Source of the DNA: a virus | Lineage: Duplodnaviria; Heunggongvirae; Uroviricota; Caudoviricetes | Length of the DNA stretch: 64,000 nucleotides | Virus record (IMG/VR): IMGVR_UViG_3300033049_000033 | Location: 1 to 64,000 of that record | Reading direction: 5' to 3' (one strand) | Shown here: positions 1 to 9,762 of the stretch, in pieces | How the letters are laid out: every line of letters begins with the position of its first letter | Numbering within the stretch: position 1 is the stretch's first letter | Made by a program: the position numbers and the translations under genes | The notes under the pieces: model-generated | Database searches by the model: none | What the model was told of the DNA's origin: nothing | Seen by the model: the letters and a program-made list of their open reading frames with translations, nothing else

Positions 1-79
1 TATCGGAATTTTATTATTATCAGGTGGTTTTTTATATTTCATAAATCGTTGGACTGACGTGGACTAAAAATAATTAATC

Positions 80-598
80 ATGCAAGTTAAAATGACCGAA
101 CCAAAAAATCCGCTATTTGTTAAAGATTCCATTAGGACATCTACTGGTAGATATGTGGATTTTAGTAACTTATCACCTCATGTAATTGATATTGAGGATA
201 TTGCACACTCTCTGAGTATGCAATGTAGATTTGGTGGACACTTACCTAAATTCTATAGTGTTGCGCAGCACAGTGTAGAATGTTCTTGGAGGGTATCGGA
301 TGAGAATGCTTTAGAAGCGTTGTTACATGACGCTTCAGAGGCGTATATGTTAGACATGCCAAAGCCATTGAAGAATTTACTTCCTGATTATGAGAAGATA
401 GAAGATGAACTAATGAGTATCATAGCAGCGAAATATAAATTTAATCATCCATTAGTAAAAGAAATTAAGACGGTGGATGCGGAGATGTTACAGCTAGAAT
501 TTGACAGTATAATGCTTGGAGGGGATAAATTTGCTTGCTGGGGACAAGCATTAGCTAAGAAAACGTTCTTGGATAGATATAACGAAATAATTAGCTAA
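80..598 (+). CDS. HD-domain phosphohydrolase, YfbR-like 5'-deoxynucleotidase
   Basis: 172 aa; HD-domain metal-binding motifs (IAHSLSMQ, VAQHSVE, ALLHDASEAYMLDMPKPLK, DYEKIEDEL) resembling HD_3/YfbR. Confidence 0.7.
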   Translation: MQVKMTEPKNPLFVKDSIRTSTGRYVDFSNLSPHVIDIEDIAHSLSMQCRFGGHLPKFYSVAQHSVECSWRVSDENALEALLHDASEAYMLDMPKPLKNLLPDYEKIEDELMSIIAAKYKFNHPLVKEIKTVDAEMLQLEFDSIMLGGDKFACWGQALAKKTFLDRYNEIIS

Positions 599-637
599 TA
601 AAGATTAATAGGTTATGCTTATATATTTATATATAAC

Positions 638-1018
638 ATGCTCAAAAAGTTTAAAAGTAGGAGAGGAAAATTGGAGTTAGGTCTTAAGGGTGAGTTACCC
701 ATTGAGTACCCAAACATAGAAAATATATTGTCATTGGTGGATAGTTATGAAAAAGATAACTTGGATACCATTGACAAATTAAAAAGAGATAAGAGTCTGG
801 AACTAAAGAGGATAAATGGAGCGCTTAAACAAACAATAGATGCCCACGGTCCTATTACAAAAGTTCTTATTGGTAGTAGTTCTAAGCGCATATATGGAGC
901 ATTATTAGCATCGCAACCCAAACCTTCAAATAATATGCCCAAATATTCGATAAAATCAATATTACTGGGGTTTACGTTGGCCTCGGCTTTATTCCTCAGT
1001 ATTTGTCTTTTTTTATAA
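638..1018 (+). CDS. hypothetical protein
   Basis: 126 aa ORF after a short gap from the HD gene; hydrophobic C-terminus; no motif recognised. Confidence 0.35.
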   Translation: MLKKFKSRRGKLELGLKGELPIEYPNIENILSLVDSYEKDNLDTIDKLKRDKSLELKRINGALKQTIDAHGPITKVLIGSSSKRIYGALLASQPKPSNNMPKYSIKSILLGFTLASALFLSICLFL

Positions 1019-1775
1019 ATCTATTATAATAACTGCATAATGGTTGGAGATTCGTATGATGATTTAATCGGATTATATCTTCCTCATTCAGTGCTGAACT
1101 GCTAGGTACAATATGGTCAATATCCCATGTCTTATTAGGTTCTATGATACCGTCTTTTGGATTACCGTAATTATCCCAATTCATCCAATCCTCCCATTGC
1201 GATTCAATATGTAATTTGAATTCATCAAACGAACACCCAAGTATGTCTTGCGTTTTAGACTTCTTACCATATTGTCTAAAGGTTTGTTTAACCAACGTTC
1301 TTACATTATGTCCTAATTTATATAGTGGGTCGGTCTTCGTTTTTTCCTTATGAAGTAGATTTCGCCTATCCTTATATGACTCTCTATACTTTTGTATTTT
1401 TTCTCTATTCTCAACATAATACTTACGGTGCCTATTTCGTTCTTTTTCTATATTGTTTTTTCGATACCCTGAACCATACTCCCTAATCTTATCCTGATTT
1501 TTTTTTCGATACTCCGAACCATATACCTCCATATACACTGTCTGTCGTTCCTTATTTTTCGGGTTATCTCTATATCGTTTATCAGATGCTATTTTACCAC
1601 CTTTGAACCTCCTACCAGACTCCCCCATTTCAACTCCATGTTTTTTAAGAAGTCGATTTATTACCCCTTTACTGACGTTGAATTGTTCACCTATCGCAGG
1701 GGTACCTAACATATCTACCTCATATAAATGGATAATAGTTCCTATTTCTGCACTACTAAATGTGTATTTACTCAT
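996..1775 (-). CDS. HNH homing endonuclease (paralog 1 of 6)
   Basis: C-terminal WDIDHIVPSSSA...NLQPLCSYYNRFIK HNH motif; central GCSFDEFKLHIESQWEDWMNWDNYG block; N-terminal HTH-like segment and basic tandem repeats (Y-x-x-N-K-E-x-I); minus strand among + genes. Confidence 0.8.
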   Translation of the reverse strand: MSKYTFSSAEIGTIIHLYEVDMLGTPAIGEQFNVSKGVINRLLKKHGVEMGESGRRFKGGKIASDKRYRDNPKNKERQTVYMEVYGSEYRKKNQDKIREYGSGYRKNNIEKERNRHRKYYVENREKIQKYRESYKDRRNLLHKEKTKTDPLYKLGHNVRTLVKQTFRQYGKKSKTQDILGCSFDEFKLHIESQWEDWMNWDNYGNPKDGIIEPNKTWDIDHIVPSSSALNEEDIIRLNHHTNLQPLCSYYNRFIKKDKY

Positions 1776-1879
1776 AGTTTGTTTATTATAAATATTTATA
1801 ATAAACCATAAAATCGTTTATTTGCTGAAAATATTTGTTTTATTGATAAATAATGTGTATCTTTGTATAAGTTAAAGGG

Positions 1880-1999
1880 ATGAAAAGATTAGTAATAGTG
1901 ATGATGATTACCCTAGGATTGGGCATAACATCTTGTAATGAGATTGGTACTCTAACCAATTGTGCCGAAGGAACTGGTTTAGCCCCAAGTATTCATTAG
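1880..1999 (+). CDS. small putative secreted/lipo-peptide (39 aa)
   Basis: MKRLVIVMMITLGLGITSC... signal-peptide-like; preceded by TTTG..TATCTTTG promoter at about 1845-1868. Confidence 0.25.
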   Translation: MKRLVIVMMITLGLGITSCNEIGTLTNCAEGTGLAPSIH

Positions 2000-2282
2000 C
2001 CAATTGGCAGATTGTTGTGAACGATGGTGAACACTTCTTATTTGTTGATACTTGTTCGTTTGGATTTTAAGTCTCAGTTAGTTCAGCATCAAAACGAATC
2101 TATGGTTCGTTAATGACTGTTGGGGGAGTACCAGAGAAACCAAAAGTTATAATTCGCTATATTTTTATGGCGACTATACTTGGTTTCTTGATTGGATTAT
2201 TGTTTTAGAAGTAACCATTTACTTCGTCATATATAGTGTATATTTTATTAATCGTTTCAATTACAAAAAATTAGTTAACTGC

Positions 2283-3182
2283 ATGAAGAACAAACCTTTT
2301 AAAATCGCCAGTGGTCGTATCACTGACAGAAATACCCAGTCATTAACGAAGTATCTAAATGAATTATCCGCAATTGACCCATTCACCCCTGAAGAGGAAT
2401 ATGAATGTGGAGTTAAAGCGGCTGCTGGTGACCAAATAGCTAGAAATGAATTGGTTACGAGAAACCTGCGATTTGTGGTTAGTGTAGCTAAAAGTTACGT
2501 TAGAGAGGGGTCACCATTGGGAGACCTTATCAATGAGGGGAATGAGGGTATGACAATTGCAGCAAACAGATATGACCCAACAACGGGCTATAAATTCATT
2601 TCTTACGCTATTTTTTGGATTCGTAGAAACATCATGAACTACTTAGGTGATAACGGACAAATCATCCGTATTCCTAACAACCGTAGAGACGGCATTTCAA
2701 AACTTAAAAGAGAGTTGAGTGATATAGAACAAGTGTTAGGGCGTACTGCAACCTACATGGATTTGATTGATGATAATACCTCTAATGAGCGCATCCAAGA
2801 GTTGGAGTTGTTGACACAAATGGCAGGTCTTAACGTATCCTCAATGGACAAACCATTGGACGTAGAAGGTGCAACAGGTTCTATGTACGAACTTATTGCC
2901 GATGGAACCTTTGGTGATACTGACAAGTTGGTAATTGATAACAGCATGAGTAGAATATTAGAATCAGTACTTAGCCTATTATTACCGATTGAAAGAGCAG
3001 TTATTGAGGCGCGATATGGCCTTAATGGTGGAGCACGACAAACTCTAAAGGAATGTAGTGAGTCTCCTAAAATAAAATCAGATGGTAAAAACATATCCAG
3101 AGAACGGGTTAGACAAATCGAAGCTAAAGCTTTGACAATTCTAAAGGGTCTTATAACTGAACGTGCAATTGAATTAGTATAG
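2283..3182 (+). CDS. RNA polymerase sigma-70 family sigma factor
   Basis: 299 aa; region 2 (NEGNEGMTIAANRYDPTTGYKFISYAIFWIRRNIMNYL) and region 4.2 (ISRERVRQIEAKAL) motifs. Confidence 0.85.
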   Translation: MKNKPFKIASGRITDRNTQSLTKYLNELSAIDPFTPEEEYECGVKAAAGDQIARNELVTRNLRFVVSVAKSYVREGSPLGDLINEGNEGMTIAANRYDPTTGYKFISYAIFWIRRNIMNYLGDNGQIIRIPNNRRDGISKLKRELSDIEQVLGRTATYMDLIDDNTSNERIQELELLTQMAGLNVSSMDKPLDVEGATGSMYELIADGTFGDTDKLVIDNSMSRILESVLSLLLPIERAVIEARYGLNGGARQTLKECSESPKIKSDGKNISRERVRQIEAKALTILKGLITERAIELV

Positions 3183-3183
3183 A

Positions 3184-3372
3184 ATGGCAGAAAAAATTAA
3201 TATACCCGTAAGATTTCCTAACGAATCGTATGCGATAAACGTTCCAATAGATTTGGACGAATTCAAATCTAAAGTGACTTTTGATGATGTTACCTTCGGA
3301 TGGTGGGGCGACATCTATGTAAACATAGAAAATAAATACCTACCTGATAGTAAACTCGTAAAAGAATCGTGA
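3184..3372 (+). CDS. hypothetical protein
   Basis: 62 aa ORF starting 1 nt after the sigma-factor stop; no motif. Confidence 0.35.
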   Translation: MAEKINIPVRFPNESYAINVPIDLDEFKSKVTFDDVTFGWWGDIYVNIENKYLPDSKLVKES

Positions 3373-3412
3373 TTTTGTCATGTTGTTCGATATTTATATT
3401 AAACGATAACTG

Positions 3413-3787
3413 ATGAGTAAAGATTATATACGACAAGTACTTAGAGAGGGCTTAGTGGGAACTATGGGATTAGGTGAGGCTGGAGGTTCCCAAGCACCAG
3501 CAGGTCAACATAGAGACCATCATGAAGACAAAGCTACCGAAGGGGACTATGAGCGTCTTAGGGGTATCTTAAACAATCCTATTATCAACCATGCAGGGGT
3601 TATCGAACAGTTGTGGGGTACAAAGGATGCCACCAAACGAAGTCTATTCCGTAAGAAATTAGGTAAAGAAACTAATGATGAAGGTGGAGTATATGAATTT
3701 GATAAAGAAGAAATGGCTAAATTATTCTCAATTTTAGATAACTTGAAGAATGCCATGTCATCTTCATTAGATAGAGGACAACGTTAA
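3413..3787 (+). CDS. hypothetical protein
   Basis: 124 aa ORF in + chain; no motif. Confidence 0.45.
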   Translation: MSKDYIRQVLREGLVGTMGLGEAGGSQAPAGQHRDHHEDKATEGDYERLRGILNNPIINHAGVIEQLWGTKDATKRSLFRKKLGKETNDEGGVYEFDKEEMAKLFSILDNLKNAMSSSLDRGQR

Positions 3788-3838
3788 AAACTTAAAGTTT
3801 TATTTGCATATATCAAAAATAATCCGTATATTTGTACT

Positions 3839-4057
3839 ATGGATTTAAGATTTAACAACCAATCACTTAAACATGGCATCGATGAACTCGTTGCCAACGA
3901 ACCAAAAATCGTACCTGAGAAGGGCGTTCTTGGTGGCTTTTCAATTGATTTCGTCTCTAATCCAGAGGCAAATACAACTGAGAACATCTTATATAAGGAT
4001 GCTGAGGCCAGAGACCAAGATTTTGAGTTATTAATCGAACACTTAACCAAAGCTTAA
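3839..4057 (+). CDS. hypothetical protein
   Basis: 72 aa ORF; stop overlaps next start. Confidence 0.4.
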   Translation: MDLRFNNQSLKHGIDELVANEPKIVPEKGVLGGFSIDFVSNPEANTTENILYKDAEARDQDFELLIEHLTKA

Positions 4058-4305
4058 TGTTTTTTACTTATTTATTTTATACCACCATATCAATTGGTGT
4101 AATATTTGGAGTATATAAATTATTCTTGTTATTGAAAACTTTATATGAAAAGAAAACCATATTCATATATAATATAACCGACAATAGTGTTCGTAAATGT
4201 GTAAAATGTGATAATAAGCAACGCAAGTTCGAAGGTTATAAAGGTGTCGAATGGAATACCTTTAAGAAGAATCCAAACTGTGCTTGTCGAAAATATGTAG
4301 TATGA
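4057..4305 (+). CDS. hypothetical membrane protein with C-terminal Cys cluster
   Basis: 82 aa; N-terminal TM helix; CVKCDN...CACRK zinc-ribbon-like. Confidence 0.4.
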   Translation: MFFTYLFYTTISIGVIFGVYKLFLLLKTLYEKKTIFIYNITDNSVRKCVKCDNKQRKFEGYKGVEWNTFKKNPNCACRKYVV

Positions 4306-4565
4306 GAGTAGTACAGACCAACGTTAATCAACACATTATGGTTAAGCTAACTCCTAAAGGGATTGAGCATTGGATGGAGGATGTAAACTCGAATCTACCA
4401 ACACACCTCAAACTTACACCAGATATCGTTAAAAATAAAATGGACGACAAAGGGTTCCACACTTTCCAGATTTGGGAGTTTATGGAGATATTCGGAGCAA
4501 AAAGTGGTATGGGAATGCCGACACTATTTGAAACCGAGGTCTTGATAGAAACATCAGTACAATGA
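4302..4565 (+). CDS. hypothetical protein
   Basis: about 87 aa; start at MRVVQ assumed because the upstream ATG overlaps the previous gene; stop overlaps next start (ATGA). Confidence 0.4.
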   Translation: MRVVQTNVNQHIMVKLTPKGIEHWMEDVNSNLPTHLKLTPDIVKNKMDDKGFHTFQIWEFMEIFGAKSGMGMPTLFETEVLIETSVQ

Positions 4566-5224
4566 AAGAGATTAAAGAAACATGTTATAAGGGTACTAGG
4601 ATTCTAATCGGAAACGAGAAGAGAGTAATAACTAATAAGCTAATTGTCAGTATGTTGGCTGCTGGTTTTACCGAGATTTCTATGCCTGTTATCCAACTAT
4701 CTGATACTTTTGATGGTAAGGTGGGCACTGAGAATAACAACCTTATGTATAAGTTTACAGATAGAGGTAATAGAGACCTGTGTTTGGCTCCAGAATATAC
4801 GGCTGTTATACAAGAGTTGGCTAAGACTAAATTGAAGTTTAATAACAATGAAAGGTTATTCTACGTCCAAGAGTGTTTCAGAGGTGAGAAGCCACAAGCT
4901 GGTAGATACAGACAATTCACTCAAGTAGGAGTAGAGGTATTGAATCCTACTGACGACCCTTTAAATGATTTGACTTGGTTAGAGAAATTGGCTAATTTAG
5001 CTGAAGGCATGGTATGGACTTGTCTTCCAGAAGATATAGATTTCACGGTGAACGTGAACATGAATGTGACAAGAGGTTTGGATTATTATAAAGACGGTAA
5101 GGGATTCGAAATTACCATTGATGAGCTTGGCAGTTCCAAGCAAGTAGTTGGAGGAGGAGAGTATGACGGTGGTGTCGGTTTCGCATTGGGACTGGATAGA
5201 ATTTTATCGTTACGCAGAATGTAG
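4562..5224 (+). CDS. minimal histidyl-tRNA synthetase-like class II aaRS catalytic core (HisZ/HisRS paralog)
   Basis: 220 aa; motif 1-like LAPEYTA, motif 2 ECFRGEKPQAGRYRQFTQVGVEV, motif 3 region RGLDYY...GGGEYDGGVGFALGLDRI; no insertion or anticodon-binding domain; motif 3 Arg replaced by Glu. Confidence 0.75.
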   Translation: MKEIKETCYKGTRILIGNEKRVITNKLIVSMLAAGFTEISMPVIQLSDTFDGKVGTENNNLMYKFTDRGNRDLCLAPEYTAVIQELAKTKLKFNNNERLFYVQECFRGEKPQAGRYRQFTQVGVEVLNPTDDPLNDLTWLEKLANLAEGMVWTCLPEDIDFTVNVNMNVTRGLDYYKDGKGFEITIDELGSSKQVVGGGEYDGGVGFALGLDRILSLRRM

Positions 5225-5251
5225 ACGATTAAAAACGACTTCTTTCTGTTA

Positions 5252-5277
5252 GTTGCTATTTATATATAAATAGCAAC
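5252..5277. promoter_or_regulatory. 26-bp perfect AT-rich palindrome immediately upstream of the GIY-YIG gene start
   Basis: GTTGCTATTTATATATAAATAGCAAC; ATG at 5279. Confidence 0.5.
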
Positions 5278-5278
5278 C

Positions 5279-5986
5279 ATGAAACGAGATTTAACAAATG
5301 TAAAGGGATATATCTATAAGCTTACCAGCCCTAATGGTAAGACATACATAGGACAAACAGTTAATAAGAAACAGCGTAAGTATCACTATAATTCGGGAGA
5401 CTTTAAACAACAGACAAAGTTATGGAATAGTGTTAGTAAGTATAATTGGAATCCAGCCGAAACTTATGAAATAATTGAAGAATGTTTATGTGGAGTAGAT
5501 AAAGAGATATTAAATAAACGTGAAACGTATTGGATTGACCATTATAATAGTTTTAAATCTGGGTTAAATTGTAATGTTGGGGGTGATGGGAATTTAGGTA
5601 ACCAGCATAGTGCCGAATCTAAACGTAAAATGAGTGAGGCTAAAATTGGGGTTAAACACCCAGATTGGCGTAACGAGCAAAAAAGAGAATACACTAAAGG
5701 GCGTAAGCATACAGATGAGGCAAAACTTAGAATGAGTGAAGCTAAGATAGCTAACATGACAGATGATGTTAAATCTAAGATTAGTGAAGGGTTGATGGGT
5801 AACCAAAATGGTATAGGTAATTCTGGTAGCCCTAAAAAGGTAGTATGCTTAACCAACAATAAAATATATAATAGTATTAAGGAAGCGGCAAACGAATTGG
5901 GATTACACTCGTCTAATATTATTGCAACTTGTAAAGGTAAACAAAAATATACTGGTGGATATAAATTTAAGTATAATGAAGGATAA
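5279..5986 (+). CDS. GIY-YIG homing endonuclease (I-TevI/Seg-like) with NUMOD3 repeats
   Basis: GYIYKLTSPNGKTYIGQT...RKYHY GIY-YIG motif; repeated HSAESKRKMSEAKIG / HTDEAKLRMSEAKIAN (NUMOD3-like); C-terminal HTH-like KVVCLTNNKIYNSIKEAANELG. Confidence 0.85.
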   Translation: MKRDLTNVKGYIYKLTSPNGKTYIGQTVNKKQRKYHYNSGDFKQQTKLWNSVSKYNWNPAETYEIIEECLCGVDKEILNKRETYWIDHYNSFKSGLNCNVGGDGNLGNQHSAESKRKMSEAKIGVKHPDWRNEQKREYTKGRKHTDEAKLRMSEAKIANMTDDVKSKISEGLMGNQNGIGNSGSPKKVVCLTNNKIYNSIKEAANELGLHSSNIIATCKGKQKYTGGYKFKYNEG

Positions 5987-6725
5987 GAAGAAAATAGTCG
6001 TATTCAGTGGGGCTGGATTGGATAGAGAGTCAGGCGTGAAGACATTTAGAGATAACGAAGATTCTCTGTGGGAGAATTATAATATAGACGATGTGTGTAC
6101 TCCTAACGGATGGAGAAAAGACCCACAATTAGTAACAGACTTCTATAATGAGCGTAGAATGGAATTGGCTAATGTCGAACCTAACGATGCTCATATCGCA
6201 TTAGCCAACTTAGAACGTATTGCCGATGTAGTACATATTACACAAAATGTGACCGATTTATTAGAACGAGGTGGGTCTACATTTGTTCATCACTTACATG
6301 GTGAATTAGGTAAGGTACGAAGCGTAGCTGACGCTAACGAGATATATGATTACGGCACCAAACCTGTTCATTTAGAGGAGGATAGGGCTAAACATAACGC
6401 TAGGCTAAGGCCACACATTGTTTGGTTTGGAGAAATGCCAGACGTAAAGTCGGTTAAGAAAGCATATAAAGTTATATATGAATGCGATGTATTATTGATT
6501 GTAGGTACAAGCCTACAAATTAGTTACACGTTAGATATGTTGATGCAAGCATCGTTAACATGTGAAGTCTATTTCATTGACCCTAACCCAGTTAAATACC
6601 TCGATAGATATACGGATTTAGGTATGATGCCTAATATTACATACATTAAAAAGAATGCTACTGATGGTGTTACAGAAATTGTTAACCGCTTATTAGAACA
6701 AGATGAGTCAGAAGAAGGCAATTAA
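5976..6725 (+). CDS. Sir2-family (sirtuin-like) NAD-dependent protein, zinc-ribbon-less
   Basis: 249 aa from ATG 5976 (overlaps GIY-YIG stop); FSGAGLDRESGV (GAGxS), TQNVTDLLERGG...HHLHG (catalytic His), LLIVGTSLQI; no Cys in the region where sirtuins carry the Zn module. Confidence 0.8.
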   Translation: MKDKKKIVVFSGAGLDRESGVKTFRDNEDSLWENYNIDDVCTPNGWRKDPQLVTDFYNERRMELANVEPNDAHIALANLERIADVVHITQNVTDLLERGGSTFVHHLHGELGKVRSVADANEIYDYGTKPVHLEEDRAKHNARLRPHIVWFGEMPDVKSVKKAYKVIYECDVLLIVGTSLQISYTLDMLMQASLTCEVYFIDPNPVKYLDRYTDLGMMPNITYIKKNATDGVTEIVNRLLEQDESEEGN

Positions 6726-7005
6726 GTACGAGGTATTAGAAGATGCCAAATACGATGAGTTGGGTAAGATTACTGACGTTAGGTATACCGTTAGGTATCA
6801 ATATAGAAATTGGATAGGTATACTAACTTGGAGCTATGTAAAACATAGGGAATCTAGTTATGGTGGGTCATACATGAGAAGAACTACGTTTAAAACAATC
6901 AAAGAGGCGAATAACTTCGTTGAGGAGGTATTGGTTAAAGGAACCCCAGTAAATACATGGTCAGAGAAAACAATCATAAGATATGATTTAGAACATGAAG
7001 ACTAA
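6703..7005 (+). CDS. hypothetical protein
   Basis: 100 aa ORF overlapping the Sir2 3' end. Confidence 0.4.
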   Translation: MSQKKAIKYEVLEDAKYDELGKITDVRYTVRYQYRNWIGILTWSYVKHRESSYGGSYMRRTTFKTIKEANNFVEEVLVKGTPVNTWSEKTIIRYDLEHED

Positions 7006-7378
7006 GGATAAGTCCAAAATTAGATTTAATCTTAGTAGAGGTGACCACTATATGAAGTGGCAGATACGAGACCCACATGGTAATGTTGAATACTACGAAC
7101 CTTCTGAAGTCACTTTAGTGATGGAGGAGTGTGTCTTACGCAACAATAAACGAGGAGCTAAAGAAATATTCAGTGGTGGTGACAAGACTGTTGTCGCTTG
7201 GGTAGAATGTGCGAAAGTAGAGGTATTTAGACGTGTTGCCATCAAGAGTATGAAGGATACTAAGGTTGAATACAATCCTAAAAAACAACCATATTGGTAT
7301 ATCAATGGAGAGGACTCTGATAAAGTAGAGTTGTCCATGATTCATTCAGTAGGGAGGGAGCTATTCACATCAAATTAA
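6995..7378 (+). CDS. hypothetical protein
   Basis: 127 aa ORF; no motif. Confidence 0.45.
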   Translation: MKTKDKSKIRFNLSRGDHYMKWQIRDPHGNVEYYEPSEVTLVMEECVLRNNKRGAKEIFSGGDKTVVAWVECAKVEVFRRVAIKSMKDTKVEYNPKKQPYWYINGEDSDKVELSMIHSVGRELFTSN

Positions 7379-7457
7379 ATCAAATTTATTTTTATTTATA
7401 GTTGTTTTTCTCGAATATTATTCGTATATTTGTAGTACCAAAACATTAAGATAGAAC

Positions 7458-8888
7458 ATGAAAATTAAACAGATTCTGGACGAGATAGCCAATGAGCCGT
7501 CAACTAATAACAAAATGACAATCCTCAGAAAGTATGAGGAAAATAACACACTTAAGAGAGTCCTGTACATGGCCAAATCAAAGAGGCTAAAGTACTATAT
7601 CAAACAAATACCAGAATATATTATACCAGCACTATATCCAAAGATGACACTGGAAGAAGCACTGGAAGAATTAACTCCATTATTAGAACGTACTGTTACT
7701 GGACATGAGGCCATTAAGCATTTAGCAACCATTTTAGGAAGTCTTGAGTCTGATGATGCATACGTTATTGAACGTATCATTGATAGGAGCCTTAAAATTG
7801 ACATGGGCACCTCCAACATCAACAAAGTATTTCCAGCACTAATCGAGAAGACCCCATATATGGGAGCTAAGTCTTTTGATGAGAAACTTGTGCGTAAATT
7901 ATTTGACGGAGTTCAAGTTGACCCTAAGTTAGCTGGTAAGCGTGTATATAGTCAAATCAAAGAAGATGGACGTTATGCAAATGCTATCATTCGTGATGGT
8001 GAAGCCGAATTTGAATCTCGTTCTGGTGAGACAACTCATGTTGGTGATGCACTGGTACTGAAAGAGTTAGCCCAATTTGGAGATTGCGTACTTAACGGAG
8101 AACTTACCATTAAAGGACTTGACCGATATACTGCAAATGGTATCATCGCATCAATCGTTGATATTGAAGGTAAGCGTGAGTCTCGTACCGAAACGGAAAC
8201 ATCTAAAAAGCTTACTAAATTTGAAGGAAAGCATGGTAATTACCCTGAGATGTTAAATAGAATTGAGTATGTTATCTGGGATTGGATTCCAGTAAGTGCA
8301 TATTTTGACCAGAAATGTAACATTCCATATAGAGTTAGGTTAGATTGTGTGTTAGAGTTAAAAACTCTTTATAAAATAACTTTAGTTAGAGTGGTAGAGA
8401 CGATACAAGTGGACACTTATGCTGAGGCAATGGAGCACTTTGTAAATGCTTTAGATAGAGGATTGGAAGGTACTATCGTTAAAGCTAGTGATAGTACATG
8501 GAAACACGGTAAACCAAACTGGCAGGTGAAAATGAAACTTGAGTTGACTCTTGACTTCAGAATCATTGGGTTCAACTATGGAAATAAAGGTACTAAAAAT
8601 GAGAACGTTATTTCAACATTACAAGTGGAATCTGAGTGTGGGTTATTGAAGACCAATCCGTCTGGAATGGACGATGAGATGATGCAATTCGTCACCGATA
8701 ACCAAGATACTCTTATGGGTACGGTTGTGGAAATGAGATGCTGTGGGCTATCCCAAGATAGTAAGGGTAATTGGTCAACGATGCACCCATCAGTAGTGAA
8801 GCTACGTGACGATAAAGATGTTTGTGATACTCTGGAGACGGCAAAGCAGGTTGAAGAGATGGCCAAGTCGTTAGAAACAGAAGTATAA
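7458..8888 (+). CDS. ATP-dependent DNA ligase (T4 Lig-like)
   Basis: 476 aa; motif I KEDGRY (SQIKEDGRYANAII), motif IV EGTIVK, motif V WQVKMK; preceded by AT-rich promoter region. Confidence 0.85.
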   Translation: MKIKQILDEIANEPSTNNKMTILRKYEENNTLKRVLYMAKSKRLKYYIKQIPEYIIPALYPKMTLEEALEELTPLLERTVTGHEAIKHLATILGSLESDDAYVIERIIDRSLKIDMGTSNINKVFPALIEKTPYMGAKSFDEKLVRKLFDGVQVDPKLAGKRVYSQIKEDGRYANAIIRDGEAEFESRSGETTHVGDALVLKELAQFGDCVLNGELTIKGLDRYTANGIIASIVDIEGKRESRTETETSKKLTKFEGKHGNYPEMLNRIEYVIWDWIPVSAYFDQKCNIPYRVRLDCVLELKTLYKITLVRVVETIQVDTYAEAMEHFVNALDRGLEGTIVKASDSTWKHGKPNWQVKMKLELTLDFRIIGFNYGNKGTKNENVISTLQVESECGLLKTNPSGMDDEMMQFVTDNQDTLMGTVVEMRCCGLSQDSKGNWSTMHPSVVKLRDDKDVCDTLETAKQVEEMAKSLETEV

Positions 8889-8902
8889 TAAATAAACAAG
8901 AA

Positions 8903-9148
8903 ATGGGTGAAAGTGAATACTACTTAAAGGCTAAGGAACTTGGGTTGACTGAAATAGATAGATGGGAACAAGGTATTGAACACCACCTAATGTCCGAGAA
9001 GCTTATGTTGTTTCTATGTGACCATGATTTACTTGATTACGATGATTATTTCGGTTGGAAGCAAGGTGGAGACGGAGATAATGGAGAAACGTTAATGTTC
9101 CAGATGGACGCATTCTTCGAGCTATTAGATAATGAATATGACACATAA
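8903..9148 (+). CDS. hypothetical protein
   Basis: 81 aa acidic ORF. Confidence 0.4.
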   Translation: MGESEYYLKAKELGLTEIDRWEQGIEHHLMSEKLMLFLCDHDLLDYDDYFGWKQGGDGDNGETLMFQMDAFFELLDNEYDT

Positions 9149-9486
9149 TGAATAAAAGAGACACACATAAAGTTATCACTAGAGGAGCTAAGGTCAGTAC
9201 AAGAGCAAATGGACAATCATTTTACACTCCATTTGCTCTAATACGAGAACCTATATTCTGGGGATTAATTAATTTTACGTTCAAATACGTGATAATCGAT
9301 TGGACTAAACTTGGACATCCAAGCTTGGTTTGGTATCAAAGATTGGGTACCATGTTTGAGGCTGAAAACTACGGTTCTGCGCACGATGCTTTCATGGCTC
9401 TAGACAAATGTATTGATGCCCATTTTAATAGTATGGAGTACGAGGAACAGATTAAGGTAGTAGAAGAATATAATATAACAATGTAA
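9148..9486 (+). CDS. hypothetical protein
   Basis: 112 aa ORF, ATGA-coupled. Confidence 0.4.
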   Translation: MNKRDTHKVITRGAKVSTRANGQSFYTPFALIREPIFWGLINFTFKYVIIDWTKLGHPSLVWYQRLGTMFEAENYGSAHDAFMALDKCIDAHFNSMEYEEQIKVVEEYNITM

Positions 9487-9499
9487 ACAAATAACAACA

Positions 9500-9739
9500 A
9501 TGGACAACAAATTATTTATTCCAAAAAAGATAAATGTAGGTTACAACAACAGAAGTGATACCTACACAGGAAAATTAGCATACATCATTTATTGGGATGC
9601 TAAGAACAAATTAAGGAAAGAGACATCATGGAATAGCTGGCGTAACCAGAAGATTCCTAACACAGAAATTGAGAACGTACCGACTGAAGGTTTCGTACTT
9701 AATAAAGGTGTTGGTGGACAACGACAAAGTTATGGGTAG
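9500..9739 (+). CDS. hypothetical protein
   Basis: 79 aa ORF. Confidence 0.4.
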   Translation: MDNKLFIPKKINVGYNNRSDTYTGKLAYIIYWDAKNKLRKETSWNSWRNQKIPNTEIENVPTEGFVLNKGVGGQRQSYG

Positions 9740-9762
9740 TTTGCCCTTAAATAAATGAACTA

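Noticed and set aside
4562-5224. Annotating the ORF as a functional histidyl-tRNA synthetase
   Set aside because: It is only 220 aa, there is no anticodon-binding or insertion domain, and the motif 3 Arg is Glu and the motif 1 Arg is Ala. I call it a HisRS-like paralog, not an aaRS.
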